DNA of 39,800 bases from IMG/VR virus record IMGVR_UViG_3300042892_001069; one strand, given 5' to 3'. The notes under the pieces are model-generated. The model was given only the letters and a program-made list of their open reading frames with translations, did no database searches and had not been told where the DNA came from. This document shows positions 1-7,851 of the stretch, piece after piece (positions within the stretch are counted from its first letter, which is position 1; the number at the start of each line of letters is the position of its first letter). Made by a program: the position numbers and the translations under genes. Origin of the DNA: a virus. Lineage: Duplodnaviria > Heunggongvirae > Uroviricota > Caudoviricetes.

Positions 1-96
1 TGAGCGTCTATTTCTAGAAAGCATTTCTGCCTGTCCTTCGACCACCTTCTATAGCAATTACGTTAGTAGTTTAAATTGCTGTAGTCATCCAAAACT

Positions 97-266
97 AACA
101 GGATCGTTGTTGACTGCTTTTATTTTACTCAGGCCATCACTCTGAGCTCGTTAGTCTTATTTCAATAGACCCCTTCAACGCTCGGTGTTTTTACGCACTC
201 TGCTCCAGTTTCTACCACAGTGTCTAACAGTTCATAGTATATGAATGTTGCTGTACCGATCCTAAA
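97..266 (-). ncRNA. Extended copy of the repeated AGGAU..ACAGCAA..AUCCUGUU structured RNA
   Basis: Same termini as the copies at 13749, 15399 and 15762 (TTTAGGATCGGTACAGCAA ... CGATCCTGTT), with about 130 nt of internal hairpins. Confidence 0.6.
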
Positions 267-300
267 ACTTGCTACAAGCATTATTGCTTGCTATGTATCT

Positions 301-329
301 ATTATAGTACATTTTGTACTTCTTGTCAT
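301..329 (-). promoter_or_regulatory. sigma70-type promoter
   Basis: ATGACA-17 nt-TATAAT on the minus strand. Confidence 0.6.
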
Positions 330-360
330 TACATTTTGGCTAAACTGCTAAAATATATTT

Positions 361-437
361 TGGAGTGGGTGACAGGACTCGAACCTGCATAATACGGATT
401 TGCAATCCGGGGCCTAACCATTCAGCGGCACACCCAC
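361..437 (-). tRNA. tRNA-Cys(GCA)
   Basis: Cloverleaf, loop TT-GCA-AA, TTCGAGT T-loop, encoded CCA. Confidence 0.95.
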
Positions 438-441
438 ATGT

Positions 442-516
442 TGGTACCTGGTCACGGTTTCGAACCGCGGACCTTCGCCGTGTAAAGGCGTTGCTCTACC
501 CCTGAGCTAACCAGGC
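442..516 (-). tRNA. tRNA-Val(TAC)
   Basis: Cloverleaf, loop TT-TAC-AC, CCA. Confidence 0.95.
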
Positions 517-523
517 AGTATTC

Positions 524-781
524 TTAACGTACTCTACTCAAGTACTCTTTGCCAATCTTGCCTTCTTGAATTTCTTGTAAGGCAGTTATGATTGGGAAAA
601 TATGTTCACGCTTTTCGCTTTCTTTATGTTGTCGGCGAATTTCACGTGCTCTAACAGTTGCAATCAGCACTAGATCAAATCTACTAGTACCTACGTTTTC
701 AACACATAATTCTGTATCAATTCCAGGGCCGCGACTAAGGTCAAGCGGTTTACGTACTTCATTGAATTGTCGTTGTTTCAT
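524..781 (-). CDS. rpoZ: RNA polymerase omega subunit-like protein
   Basis: SRFDLVLIATVRAREI...ITALQEIQEGKI matches the RpoZ pattern (NRFDLVLVAARRARQ...IALREIEEG); own promoter upstream. Confidence 0.75.
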   Translation of the reverse strand: MKQRQFNEVRKPLDLSRGPGIDTELCVENVGTSRFDLVLIATVRAREIRRQHKESEKREHIFPIITALQEIQEGKIGKEYLSRVR

Positions 782-801
782 ATATGCTCCGTTAAAAGTA
801 T

Positions 802-830
802 ATTATATACTCGTTGTTAATGTCTGTCAA
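802..830 (-). promoter_or_regulatory. sigma70 consensus promoter
   Basis: TTGACA-17 nt-TATAAT. Confidence 0.85.
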
Positions 831-836
831 TTATTT

Positions 837-911
837 TGGCCCCGCCACCAAGAATCGAACTTGGATCAAAGGTTTAGGAAACCCCTATACTATCCGTTGT
901 ACTATAGCGAG
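837..911 (-). tRNA. tRNA-Arg(CCT)
   Basis: Cloverleaf, loop TT-CCT-AA, CCA. Confidence 0.9.
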
Positions 912-915
912 TTAT

Positions 916-1482
916 TTAAAGTATGTCAACGTCAGCCGCTAGTATATAACGATATTGTTGGCTTTGTACAATGCCCGGACGATGCCAAACCGCACTCGGA
1001 TAAATCATCCAAGTATAGTACTGCGGCCTAATATAAAACTTACCGTCACTTTCTGGTCCGTCTGGGGCCATCTCAGTACCACACGTATCAAAATCATTAA
1101 CATCATCTGGTATACGTAAGTACATAATTCCGCTTAATGAATTGCCGCTGTGCTTATCGTGATGATGCCAATATGTTTCACGATCTTCTACGGTACTTAA
1201 ATTTGTTTTAAAACTCCATGCCATCATGTTGGCTACACGAGCTTCGTGTCCTAAATACAAGAATATGCTGGTTAAAAATGTCATTCTATATTTTAACCAA
1301 ATAGGCTCTTGTCTAGCAAAGATGTTTTCTTGTGTTTGATACGGCGGACTGTTTTTAAAGTAGTTGCCGGAATCAATTATACTATCAATAGTGTAGATAG
1401 CCGATTGAGTGTCATCCGGAGTTATCAGTCCGCTAAAATTATATGTGCGACATAAACTATTTTGATCAACTACTGTATTCAT
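916..1482 (-). CDS. Putative 2OG-Fe(II) oxygenase
   Basis: WHHH...LSGIMYL...IYPSAVWHR jelly-roll pattern with metal-binding His residues. Confidence 0.6.
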   Translation of the reverse strand: MNTVVDQNSLCRTYNFSGLITPDDTQSAIYTIDSIIDSGNYFKNSPPYQTQENIFARQEPIWLKYRMTFLTSIFLYLGHEARVANMMAWSFKTNLSTVEDRETYWHHHDKHSGNSLSGIMYLRIPDDVNDFDTCGTEMAPDGPESDGKFYIRPQYYTWMIYPSAVWHRPGIVQSQQYRYILAADVDIL

Positions 1483-1497
1483 ACAGACCTCTTAAAT

Positions 1498-1574
1498 TGG
1501 TCGGAGTACAAGGATTCGAACCTTGGACCCCCTGGTCCCAAACCAGGTGCGCTACCAGACTGCGCTACACTCCG
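1498..1574 (-). tRNA. tRNA-Pro(TGG)
   Basis: Cloverleaf, loop TT-TGG-GA, CCA. Confidence 0.95.
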
Positions 1575-1581
1575 AAAAAAC

Positions 1582-1655
1582 TGGAGCGGGATGAGAGAAT
1601 CGAACTCTCGACAACAGATTGGAAATCTGTAGTTTTGCCATTAAACTAATCCCGC
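1582..1655 (-). tRNA. tRNA-Gly(TCC)
   Basis: Cloverleaf, loop TT-TCC-AA, CCA. Confidence 0.95.
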
Positions 1656-1661
1656 AAAATT

Positions 1662-1815
1662 AGTGCCCGGCTACTCACACCACATGAGCCCCGGACTGAG
1701 CTGTTACTCTGTCCATAACATTTCTTCTTCTGGAAAGGTGTTAAACCTCACCCAATGCGTTCCCGGTAGCCCCTAATTGAAGCTCGGATGGTCATAGCAT
1801 TGAATACCTAGCACT
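1662..1815 (-). ncRNA. Candidate structured ncRNA
   Basis: Non-coding, GC-richer spacer closed by AGTGCTAGG/CCGGGCACT, with nested GGCTAC/GTAGCC and GGAC/GTCC stems. Confidence 0.45.
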
Positions 1816-1870
1816 CTCTATGGTGACTGCCCCACCCCCGTTTATTACGTGTACGGGATCACGGGTTATC

Positions 1871-1946
1871 TGGTGCCGCTTGTCGGAATCGAACTGACCA
1901 CCTGCCGCTTACAAGGCGGCTGCTCTACCAAATGAGCTAAAGCGGC
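1871..1946 (-). tRNA. tRNA-Thr(TGT)
   Basis: Cloverleaf, loop CT-TGT-AA, CCA. Confidence 0.95.
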
Positions 1947-1956
1947 ATTACTACTA

Positions 1957-2032
1957 TGGTGGAGGTGACAAGGATCGAACTTGCTACATCCTGCTTGCAA
2001 AGCAGGCGCTCTCCCAAATGAGCTACACCCCC
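1957..2032 (-). tRNA. tRNA-Ala(TGC)
   Basis: Cloverleaf, loop TT-TGC-AA, G3:U70, CCA. Confidence 0.95.
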
Positions 2033-2033
2033 G

Positions 2034-2189
2034 TTATTCTTTCTCAGACTTTTTCTCTTCTTCTTTTTGTTCTACATCTTTATTTCTTAAGTAGGGCGGA
2101 ACATACTTACCAAAAATAGTTTCAAACGAATTATCAAAATCCTCTTTAGGCACATTAAACGGCCTAGGTTTACTGCCTTTACCTGACAT
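2034..2189 (-). CDS. Small hypothetical phage protein (51 aa, MSGKGSKPRP...)
   Basis: Read by hand; GGAGA SD upstream, ATG to TAA. Confidence 0.7.
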   Translation of the reverse strand: MSGKGSKPRPFNVPKEDFDNSFETIFGKYVPPYLRNKDVEQKEEEKKSEKE

Positions 2190-2202
2190 AACTACAATCT
2201 CC

Positions 2203-2799
2203 TTAAACTAAATTTGGCCCGCATATCCAACCAACTAAGGATTTTCGTACTCCCCTAGTAACCGGTTCTACACTATGCGGTAAAAATGACGGAAATAATA
2301 CCATATCACCTTTTTTTTCTAAAGTAGCAGTTATTGGATCTTTACATATATGAAACTTTAACTCACCACCGTCAAACTCTGATGAATCGTTCAATAAAAT
2401 ACTAAATGATATTTTTCTACTAAATCCACTAGTATTCCGCAATGTGCTGTCACAATGGACATCATATTTACCAACGTCTCCTGCGTGATATTCACTGTAT
2501 TGTAACATCTCAATATAACTAAGGCTATATTTATAATGTACATTATTCACACCCGACACTATGTCAATAAGTTTGTTGTACATTGGCATGGCTTGCTCTA
2601 TATCGTCCATCCATAAAATGTTAGAGCTTCTATAAGAAAGGTCTACCCCATTTCCTTGGCCAACTGTTTCTGCTATGTGTAACTTATCACTATGTGTTGC
2701 CACATAATTGTCCATAAACTTAAAATCTTCTTCTTCGAATACTTTTGATATGTGATAATCCCACGATATTGATTGTTCAGGGGGTTCGAACCAAATCAT
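2203..2799 (-). CDS. 2OG-Fe(II) oxygenase (PKHD/prolyl-hydroxylase-like)
   Basis: HCD...RKISFSILLND..FDGGEL...LFPSFLPHSVEPVTRGVRKSLVGW. Confidence 0.9.
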   Translation of the reverse strand: MIWFEPPEQSISWDYHISKVFEEEDFKFMDNYVATHSDKLHIAETVGQGNGVDLSYRSSNILWMDDIEQAMPMYNKLIDIVSGVNNVHYKYSLSYIEMLQYSEYHAGDVGKYDVHCDSTLRNTSGFSRKISFSILLNDSSEFDGGELKFHICKDPITATLEKKGDMVLFPSFLPHSVEPVTRGVRKSLVGWICGPNLV

Positions 2800-2808
2800 A
2801 GTTAATCC

Positions 2809-3021
2809 TCACTCTGCCGCTGTAGCACTTGTACTGGTAGTATTATAATTACTACCTGGACGACTTTCTTTCTTAATAGTCTTTGGCACAATTGCGGCGC
2901 ATAATTCTGCGTCAATCATAGCACGTTTCCATGCTCCTCGTTTATGCGGATCTAGAACTCCGCTGGTTGCTAGACTTATTTTAGTCAAAGATGACATCTT
3001 ATAATTTGGACCTGGTTTCAT
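2809..3021 (-). CDS. Small hypothetical protein
   Basis: Co-directional ORF with GAGAG SD-like site. Confidence 0.6.
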   Translation of the reverse strand: MKPGPNYKMSSLTKISLATSGVLDPHKRGAWKRAMIDAELCAAIVPKTIKKESRPGSNYNTTSTSATAAE

Positions 3022-3042
3022 ATATTTTCTCTCTTTTAAAAA

Positions 3043-3130
3043 TGGCGGAGTATGTAGGAATCGAACCTACTCACCCATTGCTGAATGACAGATTAGCAAT
3101 CTGTTGCCTTAACCGGTCGGCCAATACTCC
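3043..3130 (-). tRNA. tRNA-Ser(GCT)
   Basis: Loop TT-GCT-AA, long variable arm, G73, CCA. Confidence 0.95.
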
Positions 3131-3155
3131 ATGTACTTTACTTATTACTATATCC

Positions 3156-3240
3156 TGGTGCGACTGGCCGGAATCGAACCGGCACGCCCGAAAGCGAGAG
3201 ATTTTAAGTCTCTTGTGTCTACCTATTTCACCACAGTCGC
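3156..3240 (-). tRNA. tRNA-Leu(TAA)
   Basis: Loop CT-TAA-AA, long variable arm, CCA. Confidence 0.95.
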
Positions 3241-3245
3241 ATTCT

Positions 3246-3473
3246 TTAAACTCTTTCTCGCTTTACACGACCAATACGGCTAGCCTTGTTCCAATCGTAA
3301 GCAACGCCATCTGGGCACTTACCATCTGCTACAGAGTCAACTCCGAATCGACCTACTGCTTCAAAGTTGTTGCCTTTGATAGTTACGAACTCATCCATTG
3401 ATTTAGCAACATTCATTGCTTCAGCAAGCGTAAGTACTTTAAAGGTTTCTTCTTTGCCTATTATTTTATACAT
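3246..3473 (-). CDS. Hypothetical phage protein
   Basis: ORF immediately downstream of a consensus promoter. Confidence 0.65.
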   Translation of the reverse strand: MYKIIGKEETFKVLTLAEAMNVAKSMDEFVTIKGNNFEAVGRFGVDSVADGKCPDGVAYDWNKASRIGRVKRERV

Positions 3474-3479
3474 GCTGTT

Positions 3480-3508
3480 ATTATACTCTCATCATGTGCT
3501 GTTGTCAA
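3480..3508 (-). promoter_or_regulatory. sigma70 consensus promoter
   Basis: TTGACA-17 nt-TATAAT. Confidence 0.85.
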
Positions 3509-3521
3509 CACTTATTTTACT

Positions 3522-3595
3522 TGGCGTACCTCCAGGGACTCGAACCCCGACGAACAGTTTTGGAGACTGTCATGCTGCCATTACATTAGAGATAC
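3522..3595 (-). tRNA. tRNA-Trp(CCA)
   Basis: Loop CT-CCA-AA, CCA. Confidence 0.95.
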
Positions 3596-3600
3596 ATGAT

Positions 3601-3690
3601 TGGCGGAAACGGTGAGATTCGAACTCACGGACCCTTTCGAGCCGGCAGTTTTCAAGACTGCTGCAATAAACCGGACTCTGCCACATTTCC
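3601..3690 (-). tRNA. tRNA-Ser(TGA)
   Basis: Loop CT-TGA-AA, long variable arm, CCA. Confidence 0.95.
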
Positions 3691-3695
3691 TAATT

Positions 3696-3772
3696 TGGTG
3701 CCCCAGAGGAGACTCGAACTCCTAAAATTTGGCTTCTAAGACCAACACGTATACCAATTCCGTCACCGGGGC
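3696..3772 (-). tRNA. tRNA-Leu(TAG) with short variable loop
   Basis: Loop CT-TAG-AA, variable region only ATTTT, CCA. Confidence 0.88.
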
Positions 3773-3791
3773 GATGTATTACTTACCATAT

Positions 3792-3910
3792 AGGTGCTCT
3801 CTGCAGGAATCGAACCTGACTGTCTAACTCCGTATCTTCCTGAGCCTTTCACGTACGGGTCGACTTATACGCTTCTTATCGGTACTCAGTGTAGTTAAAC
3901 TTCAGAAAGC
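3792..3910 (-). ncRNA. tRNA-like RNA (acceptor stem + T-arm) with an internal pseudoknot replacing the D and anticodon arms
   Basis: GCTTTCT/AGAGAGC acceptor, CAGG-TTCGATT-CCTG T-arm, GTTTAACT/AGTTAGAC stem, crossing CTGAG/CTCAG and CCGTA/TACGG helices. Confidence 0.65.
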
Positions 3911-3917
3911 ATTTATA

Positions 3918-3992
3918 TGGAGACCCGTAGGAGAATCGAACTCCTCTTGCCAGGATGAAAACCTAGTGTCCTAACCGATAGACGAACGGGTC
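3918..3992 (-). tRNA. tRNA-Glu(TTC)
   Basis: Loop TT-TTC-AT, CCA. Confidence 0.93.
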
Positions 3993-4047
3993 AAATTGTC
4001 TTTTAAATTTTTAAGGAGCAGTGCTAGTGTTTGCTAGCTAAGTGTTA

Positions 4048-4076
4048 ATTATATAGCCTATGTGTCACCCTGTCAA
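4048..4076 (-). promoter_or_regulatory. sigma70 consensus promoter for a tRNA sub-cluster
   Basis: TTGACA-17 nt-TATAAT followed by a CTAGC hairpin. Confidence 0.85.
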
Positions 4077-4121
4077 CGTCTAAATGGACATTTGTGAAAA
4101 TAAAACATAATAAATAACATC

Positions 4122-4775
4122 ATGCTACTAGATCATTTACGAAATCGTTATACTGCCAAATGGTGGGATCCAATTCCATTGGAAGATGAAAAAATCAAAG
4201 CCATAATTGAGTGTGCGTATCTAGCGCCAAGTAAGCAAGGCAATTATGATTTTGAAATAGTTGTTCTTACAGACAGTCCTGCTGGCAAAGAATTTAAACA
4301 ATGGTTGTACTGGGACAACACAGCCTGTTTAGATAAAGTGCGAGGCAAAACTGGTGAAGGACTACGTAGATACAATGGACAAGTCTTAGCACCCGTTGTA
4401 ATGATTTGGTTAGCAAAACAATTTGATCAAGCAGTTAACGATTACAATGAAAACGAGTTCTTACGCACCAATAACGATTGTGTTATTAGTGCTACAATGG
4501 CCATGTGCCAAGCCGAAGAACTAGGAGTTAATACAGGATTCTGCGGATGTATAGGTGGACAAGAAATTGCTGATAGATTAAACAAGCCCAAATCAACTGC
4601 GATAGTTAGTATGGGATTTGGGTATGCTACTAGCCATACTACAAACCGACCAATAAAAGTTTATAATAATAACGTTGAACTAGGCTTTGATCTTGCTAAC
4701 CATCACTCCTCAATTAGAAATATTCCTAATAGAACTAACAGACTTGAGCTATCTACTATGGTAAATTATATATGA
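4122..4775 (+). CDS. Nitroreductase family protein
   Basis: RYTAKWWD...IIECAYLAPSKQG N-terminal FMN-binding pattern; AMCQAEELGVNTGF. Confidence 0.8.
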   Translation: MLLDHLRNRYTAKWWDPIPLEDEKIKAIIECAYLAPSKQGNYDFEIVVLTDSPAGKEFKQWLYWDNTACLDKVRGKTGEGLRRYNGQVLAPVVMIWLAKQFDQAVNDYNENEFLRTNNDCVISATMAMCQAEELGVNTGFCGCIGGQEIADRLNKPKSTAIVSMGFGYATSHTTNRPIKVYNNNVELGFDLANHHSSIRNIPNRTNRLELSTMVNYI

Positions 4776-5464
4776 AAGTACCTCCAGGCATTAGCGGACG
4801 TCCTGCGCTATACAACGGAAACGTTGATCAAACCGCACTCGCAAACGAAGTAGCATTATTAAATCTTGGTCCGTTCGAGCCATTGAATTTTCATATTAAT
4901 CTAAGTCAGTATCTACAAGAAATTAAACAATTTGATAACGACTGGGTTAACTACTTACCGCGTACAGATCGTCCTAACAATCGTCGAGCAATGACATTAA
5001 TGGCGTTACCCGGAAAGACTCACAAAGAAAACACTAGTCTAGCAGAAGCTAGTTATGCCGCAGGCCGACAACTTAGCGAGTTAGAGTTTGATCAACCAAC
5101 TGATGTTTATCGTGCTTGTGCTAGTTTACATTCGTTTCTTGATCAATGGCAACCTCTAGGCAGAACATTTATTGTACAGAGTAATACAGGAGGATACTTT
5201 GTCCCGCATCGTGATCACCCAAGTATGCCTCGTGAATGTTTTAGACTAATTGTATTCTTGAACAACTGCGGTCCATTACAGTACGATTGGTTGATGGATG
5301 ATAGAAAGATGAATATACAAATGGGTCAAGTCTACTACGTTAACACACGTATGACTCATCGTACTATAAGCTGGGTTGATAACAGTCAACACTTAATTTT
5401 GAACATTCCGTTTACTACAGAGAATGTAGCAAAGGTAATTGCTAATCTAGCCCATACTCATTAA
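4772..5464 (+). CDS. Asp/Asn beta-hydroxylase-like 2OG-Fe(II) oxygenase
   Basis: FVPHRD (HxD) ... YYVNTRMTHRT. Confidence 0.75.
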   Translation: MKVPPGISGRPALYNGNVDQTALANEVALLNLGPFEPLNFHINLSQYLQEIKQFDNDWVNYLPRTDRPNNRRAMTLMALPGKTHKENTSLAEASYAAGRQLSELEFDQPTDVYRACASLHSFLDQWQPLGRTFIVQSNTGGYFVPHRDHPSMPRECFRLIVFLNNCGPLQYDWLMDDRKMNIQMGQVYYVNTRMTHRTISWVDNSQHLILNIPFTTENVAKVIANLAHTH

Positions 5465-5960
5465 AATATTCTTTAGCTTCGTTGAAGCTAACAGCTAGTC
5501 CCCAACTGATGATTAGTCTATGTTGCTTTCCAGCCATAACTGAATGTGGGGCATCAACACGCACAAACGATGGTTTAGTCAATGTGAATTCGAATGTTTT
5601 ATTAACTGTACTTTCAAATTCGTAACCTATTAATTTATCACTATATACTAATTCATCTGTCGGCATTTCATAAAATGTAGTAATTGACCCTTGATGGCCT
5701 AGTAACGGTATATTTAAAGTAGCGGTGCGTTTAGCATCTATATGTGTTGGGAAACCTGTTTGAGGTTTTAAAAAATAAAAGTTCCAAACACTACCTAGTA
5801 TTTTTTTATGTTTTTGAAATAGATAATTTGTATATTCGTAATCAACTGCGTTTTGTTGGTGGTGTCTAAGGCCACTAACCTTTAAGTTGTTTATGATTGA
5901 TATGAGCTGTTTAGTATCGAATATAACATCTAATTCGAATACGTACTCATTGTCAATCAT
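5442..5960 (-). CDS. 2OG-Fe(II) oxygenase-like protein
   Basis: THIDAK...LNIPL...PHSV. Confidence 0.7.
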   Translation of the reverse strand: MIDNEYVFELDVIFDTKQLISIINNLKVSGLRHHQQNAVDYEYTNYLFQKHKKILGSVWNFYFLKPQTGFPTHIDAKRTATLNIPLLGHQGSITTFYEMPTDELVYSDKLIGYEFESTVNKTFEFTLTKPSFVRVDAPHSVMAGKQHRLIISWGLAVSFNEAKEYFNEYGLD

Positions 5961-6379
5961 GGCAATAAACTAATTGCGTCCTCAAATGGTACGTCTGACG
6001 GAATCTTAATAGCAAAAAAAAGTGATAGTGTTGCGGCCGGTGATAATTTTTGACGTTCTTTCCCGTTAATTGCAATAGGTGTGTCAATAAGAAAAGTCTC
6101 ACCGTCTTCAAATTCAATTGAAATATTGTTAGTGATAGGGAATATAATTAAACCATTGTTATTAGGTTTAGCGTGCATTATTTCTGCTGTGACTAATTTA
6201 GATAGTCCGTATTCTTCTGAATTTAGCGTTCTACTAAAAATATCCATACAAGGCAGTGACTCAGTACTATACCCAACTGCTGACAAATATTGTTGAATAC
6301 TACCTTGTTTTTCAGAGATGTTAAACAACGATAATAGTTTTAATCTATCGTACTCTGTATTGAATTTTTTGTATTTCAT
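5957..6379 (-). CDS. Hypothetical protein (possibly degenerate cupin fold)
   Basis: ORF coupled to the downstream oxygenase (ATGA overlap); LIIFPI...IAING strands. Confidence 0.5.
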   Translation of the reverse strand: MKYKKFNTEYDRLKLLSLFNISEKQGSIQQYLSAVGYSTESLPCMDIFSRTLNSEEYGLSKLVTAEIMHAKPNNNGLIIFPITNNISIEFEDGETFLIDTPIAINGKERQKLSPAATLSLFFAIKIPSDVPFEDAISLLP

Positions 6380-6396
6380 TATAATCTATCCTAATA

Positions 6397-6484
6397 TGGA
6401 GCGGCCGGGGGATTCGAACCTCCGTAGGCTATATAGCCACCCGGTTTACGGCCGGGCACGTTTGGCCACTCTGTCACGAACCGC
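6397..6484 (-). tRNA. Atypical tRNA-Tyr(GTA)
   Basis: CCCGG-CCGTAAA-CCGGG arm (C33), long variable arm, irregular acceptor/T junction, CCA. Confidence 0.65.
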
Positions 6485-7130
6485 GTACTATATTTAGTAT
6501 CTTTTCAGCTACTATTATGTTTCCTTCTTCAGTAGTAAGATTTACAAAAAACGGATTTTTTGCTGGGTATTTTTCAAACACATCCATAATATCATAATCT
6601 ACTGTTCCTGATTTAAATGTAAACCAACTTGGTACATTGTTTTGTCTAGGAAGAATGTGTAATGTTTTTATGCGTTTAAACGCAAGATATTGATCTATTT
6701 GTAGCAATGCGCCGTAATACCTATTTAGGGTTAAGTCTGGGTCATAAAAATATTGTCGATACGTGTTAACTGCGTTAAAAAAGTTTTCATTAGTATTAAA
6801 GACTTTTTTAAACAACGGCTGATTAGTTGCTGTAAATTCTGTATCTAGATGATCGTTTCTAAAAATGTCCTCAGCTCTTTTTGCTCTAAATGAGTTAGTG
6901 TCAATGTCTCTATCGCATCCAGGTAAGAATAAAAAACGTGGCAAGCAATGAAATACTATTGCTAAATCTACATTATGTGTTTTTTTTAATTCGTAAAGTA
7001 TACGTTCTTCACTACCTTGTTTAACTCCTTGATTAACTGCTGTACCGTTTAATCTATCAGCAACAATATCAATAAAACTGGCAGGCCCTCGATAGGCGCA
7101 GTTACTATGTCCATAAAATCCTATTCGCAT
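6474..7130 (-). CDS. SGNH/GDSL-like hypothetical protein
   Basis: N-terminal IGFYGHSN block I-like motif, NQGVKQGS block II-like motif. Confidence 0.5.
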   Translation of the reverse strand: MRIGFYGHSNCAYRGPASFIDIVADRLNGTAVNQGVKQGSEERILYELKKTHNVDLAIVFHCLPRFLFLPGCDRDIDTNSFRAKRAEDIFRNDHLDTEFTATNQPLFKKVFNTNENFFNAVNTYRQYFYDPDLTLNRYYGALLQIDQYLAFKRIKTLHILPRQNNVPSWFTFKSGTVDYDIMDVFEKYPAKNPFFVNLTTEEGNIIVAEKILNIVRGS

Positions 7131-7825
7131 AATTTAGTAAAGATGCTTATGCCTAGTTTGCTTTTAATTCCCTGTTGCCTAAAGTCACTGGCACAATGTA
7201 ATCTCACGCTGTCAAAAATAATAGCCTGTGTAGGAATCCAATCAATGGCAGAGTGTAGGCTTAACCCCTGCAACCAATGAGGCTTTAGGTGTGTAAAATA
7301 CTGATGCTCATCTATAAACGGCTGATCAACTATATTGTCTACATCGGTGTAGTCGTAAACTTGTTTGTTGTAGTATGTAGGGATGTCTTTACCATTGTTA
7401 AAGAACTTAGCCGGACCATGAAAATAAAATTGATCAAAGAAACATAATTTAGGAATAGCAGTGCCATCAATATGCAAGGGTATAGTTATTGCCTTATACA
7501 CATCAGGCAATTCAAACGTATCGTCATTATGTATAATATGCGGAGTTTCTGTATAAAAGAAAAAAGCCGCAGTAATTTCAAAGGCGCCTAACGTTAATTT
7601 TAATTTTTCTATTATGCTAGCAATTACCGGATCTGTAATATAATTTTTTAAATCTAATGTTACTGGTCCGGTATTTTTATAAACTGCTGGAGAATTTATA
7701 TTATTGTGTTCGTTTGAGTAAAGCGAAACCAAATGATCGACATCCTCTTTGCTTAAGAAGTGTTCTATAGCATATGGATTGCTAACTCGAGATTTAATTT
7801 TGGCAATACTATCTTTATTCCGCAT
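7121..7825 (-). CDS. 2OG-Fe(II) oxygenase-like protein
   Basis: IHNDD...AITIPL...IIFDSVRLHCAS. Confidence 0.7.
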   Translation of the reverse strand: MRNKDSIAKIKSRVSNPYAIEHFLSKEDVDHLVSLYSNEHNNINSPAVYKNTGPVTLDLKNYITDPVIASIIEKLKLTLGAFEITAAFFFYTETPHIIHNDDTFELPDVYKAITIPLHIDGTAIPKLCFFDQFYFHGPAKFFNNGKDIPTYYNKQVYDYTDVDNIVDQPFIDEHQYFTHLKPHWLQGLSLHSAIDWIPTQAIIFDSVRLHCASDFRQQGIKSKLGISIFTKLCE

Positions 7826-7851
7826 GGTGTATTTATTAGGTTAAATACACC

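Noticed and set aside
3792-3910. Intron-containing tRNA
   Set aside because: The insert is too short for a group I intron, and no D-arm or anticodon arm can be rebuilt by removing it
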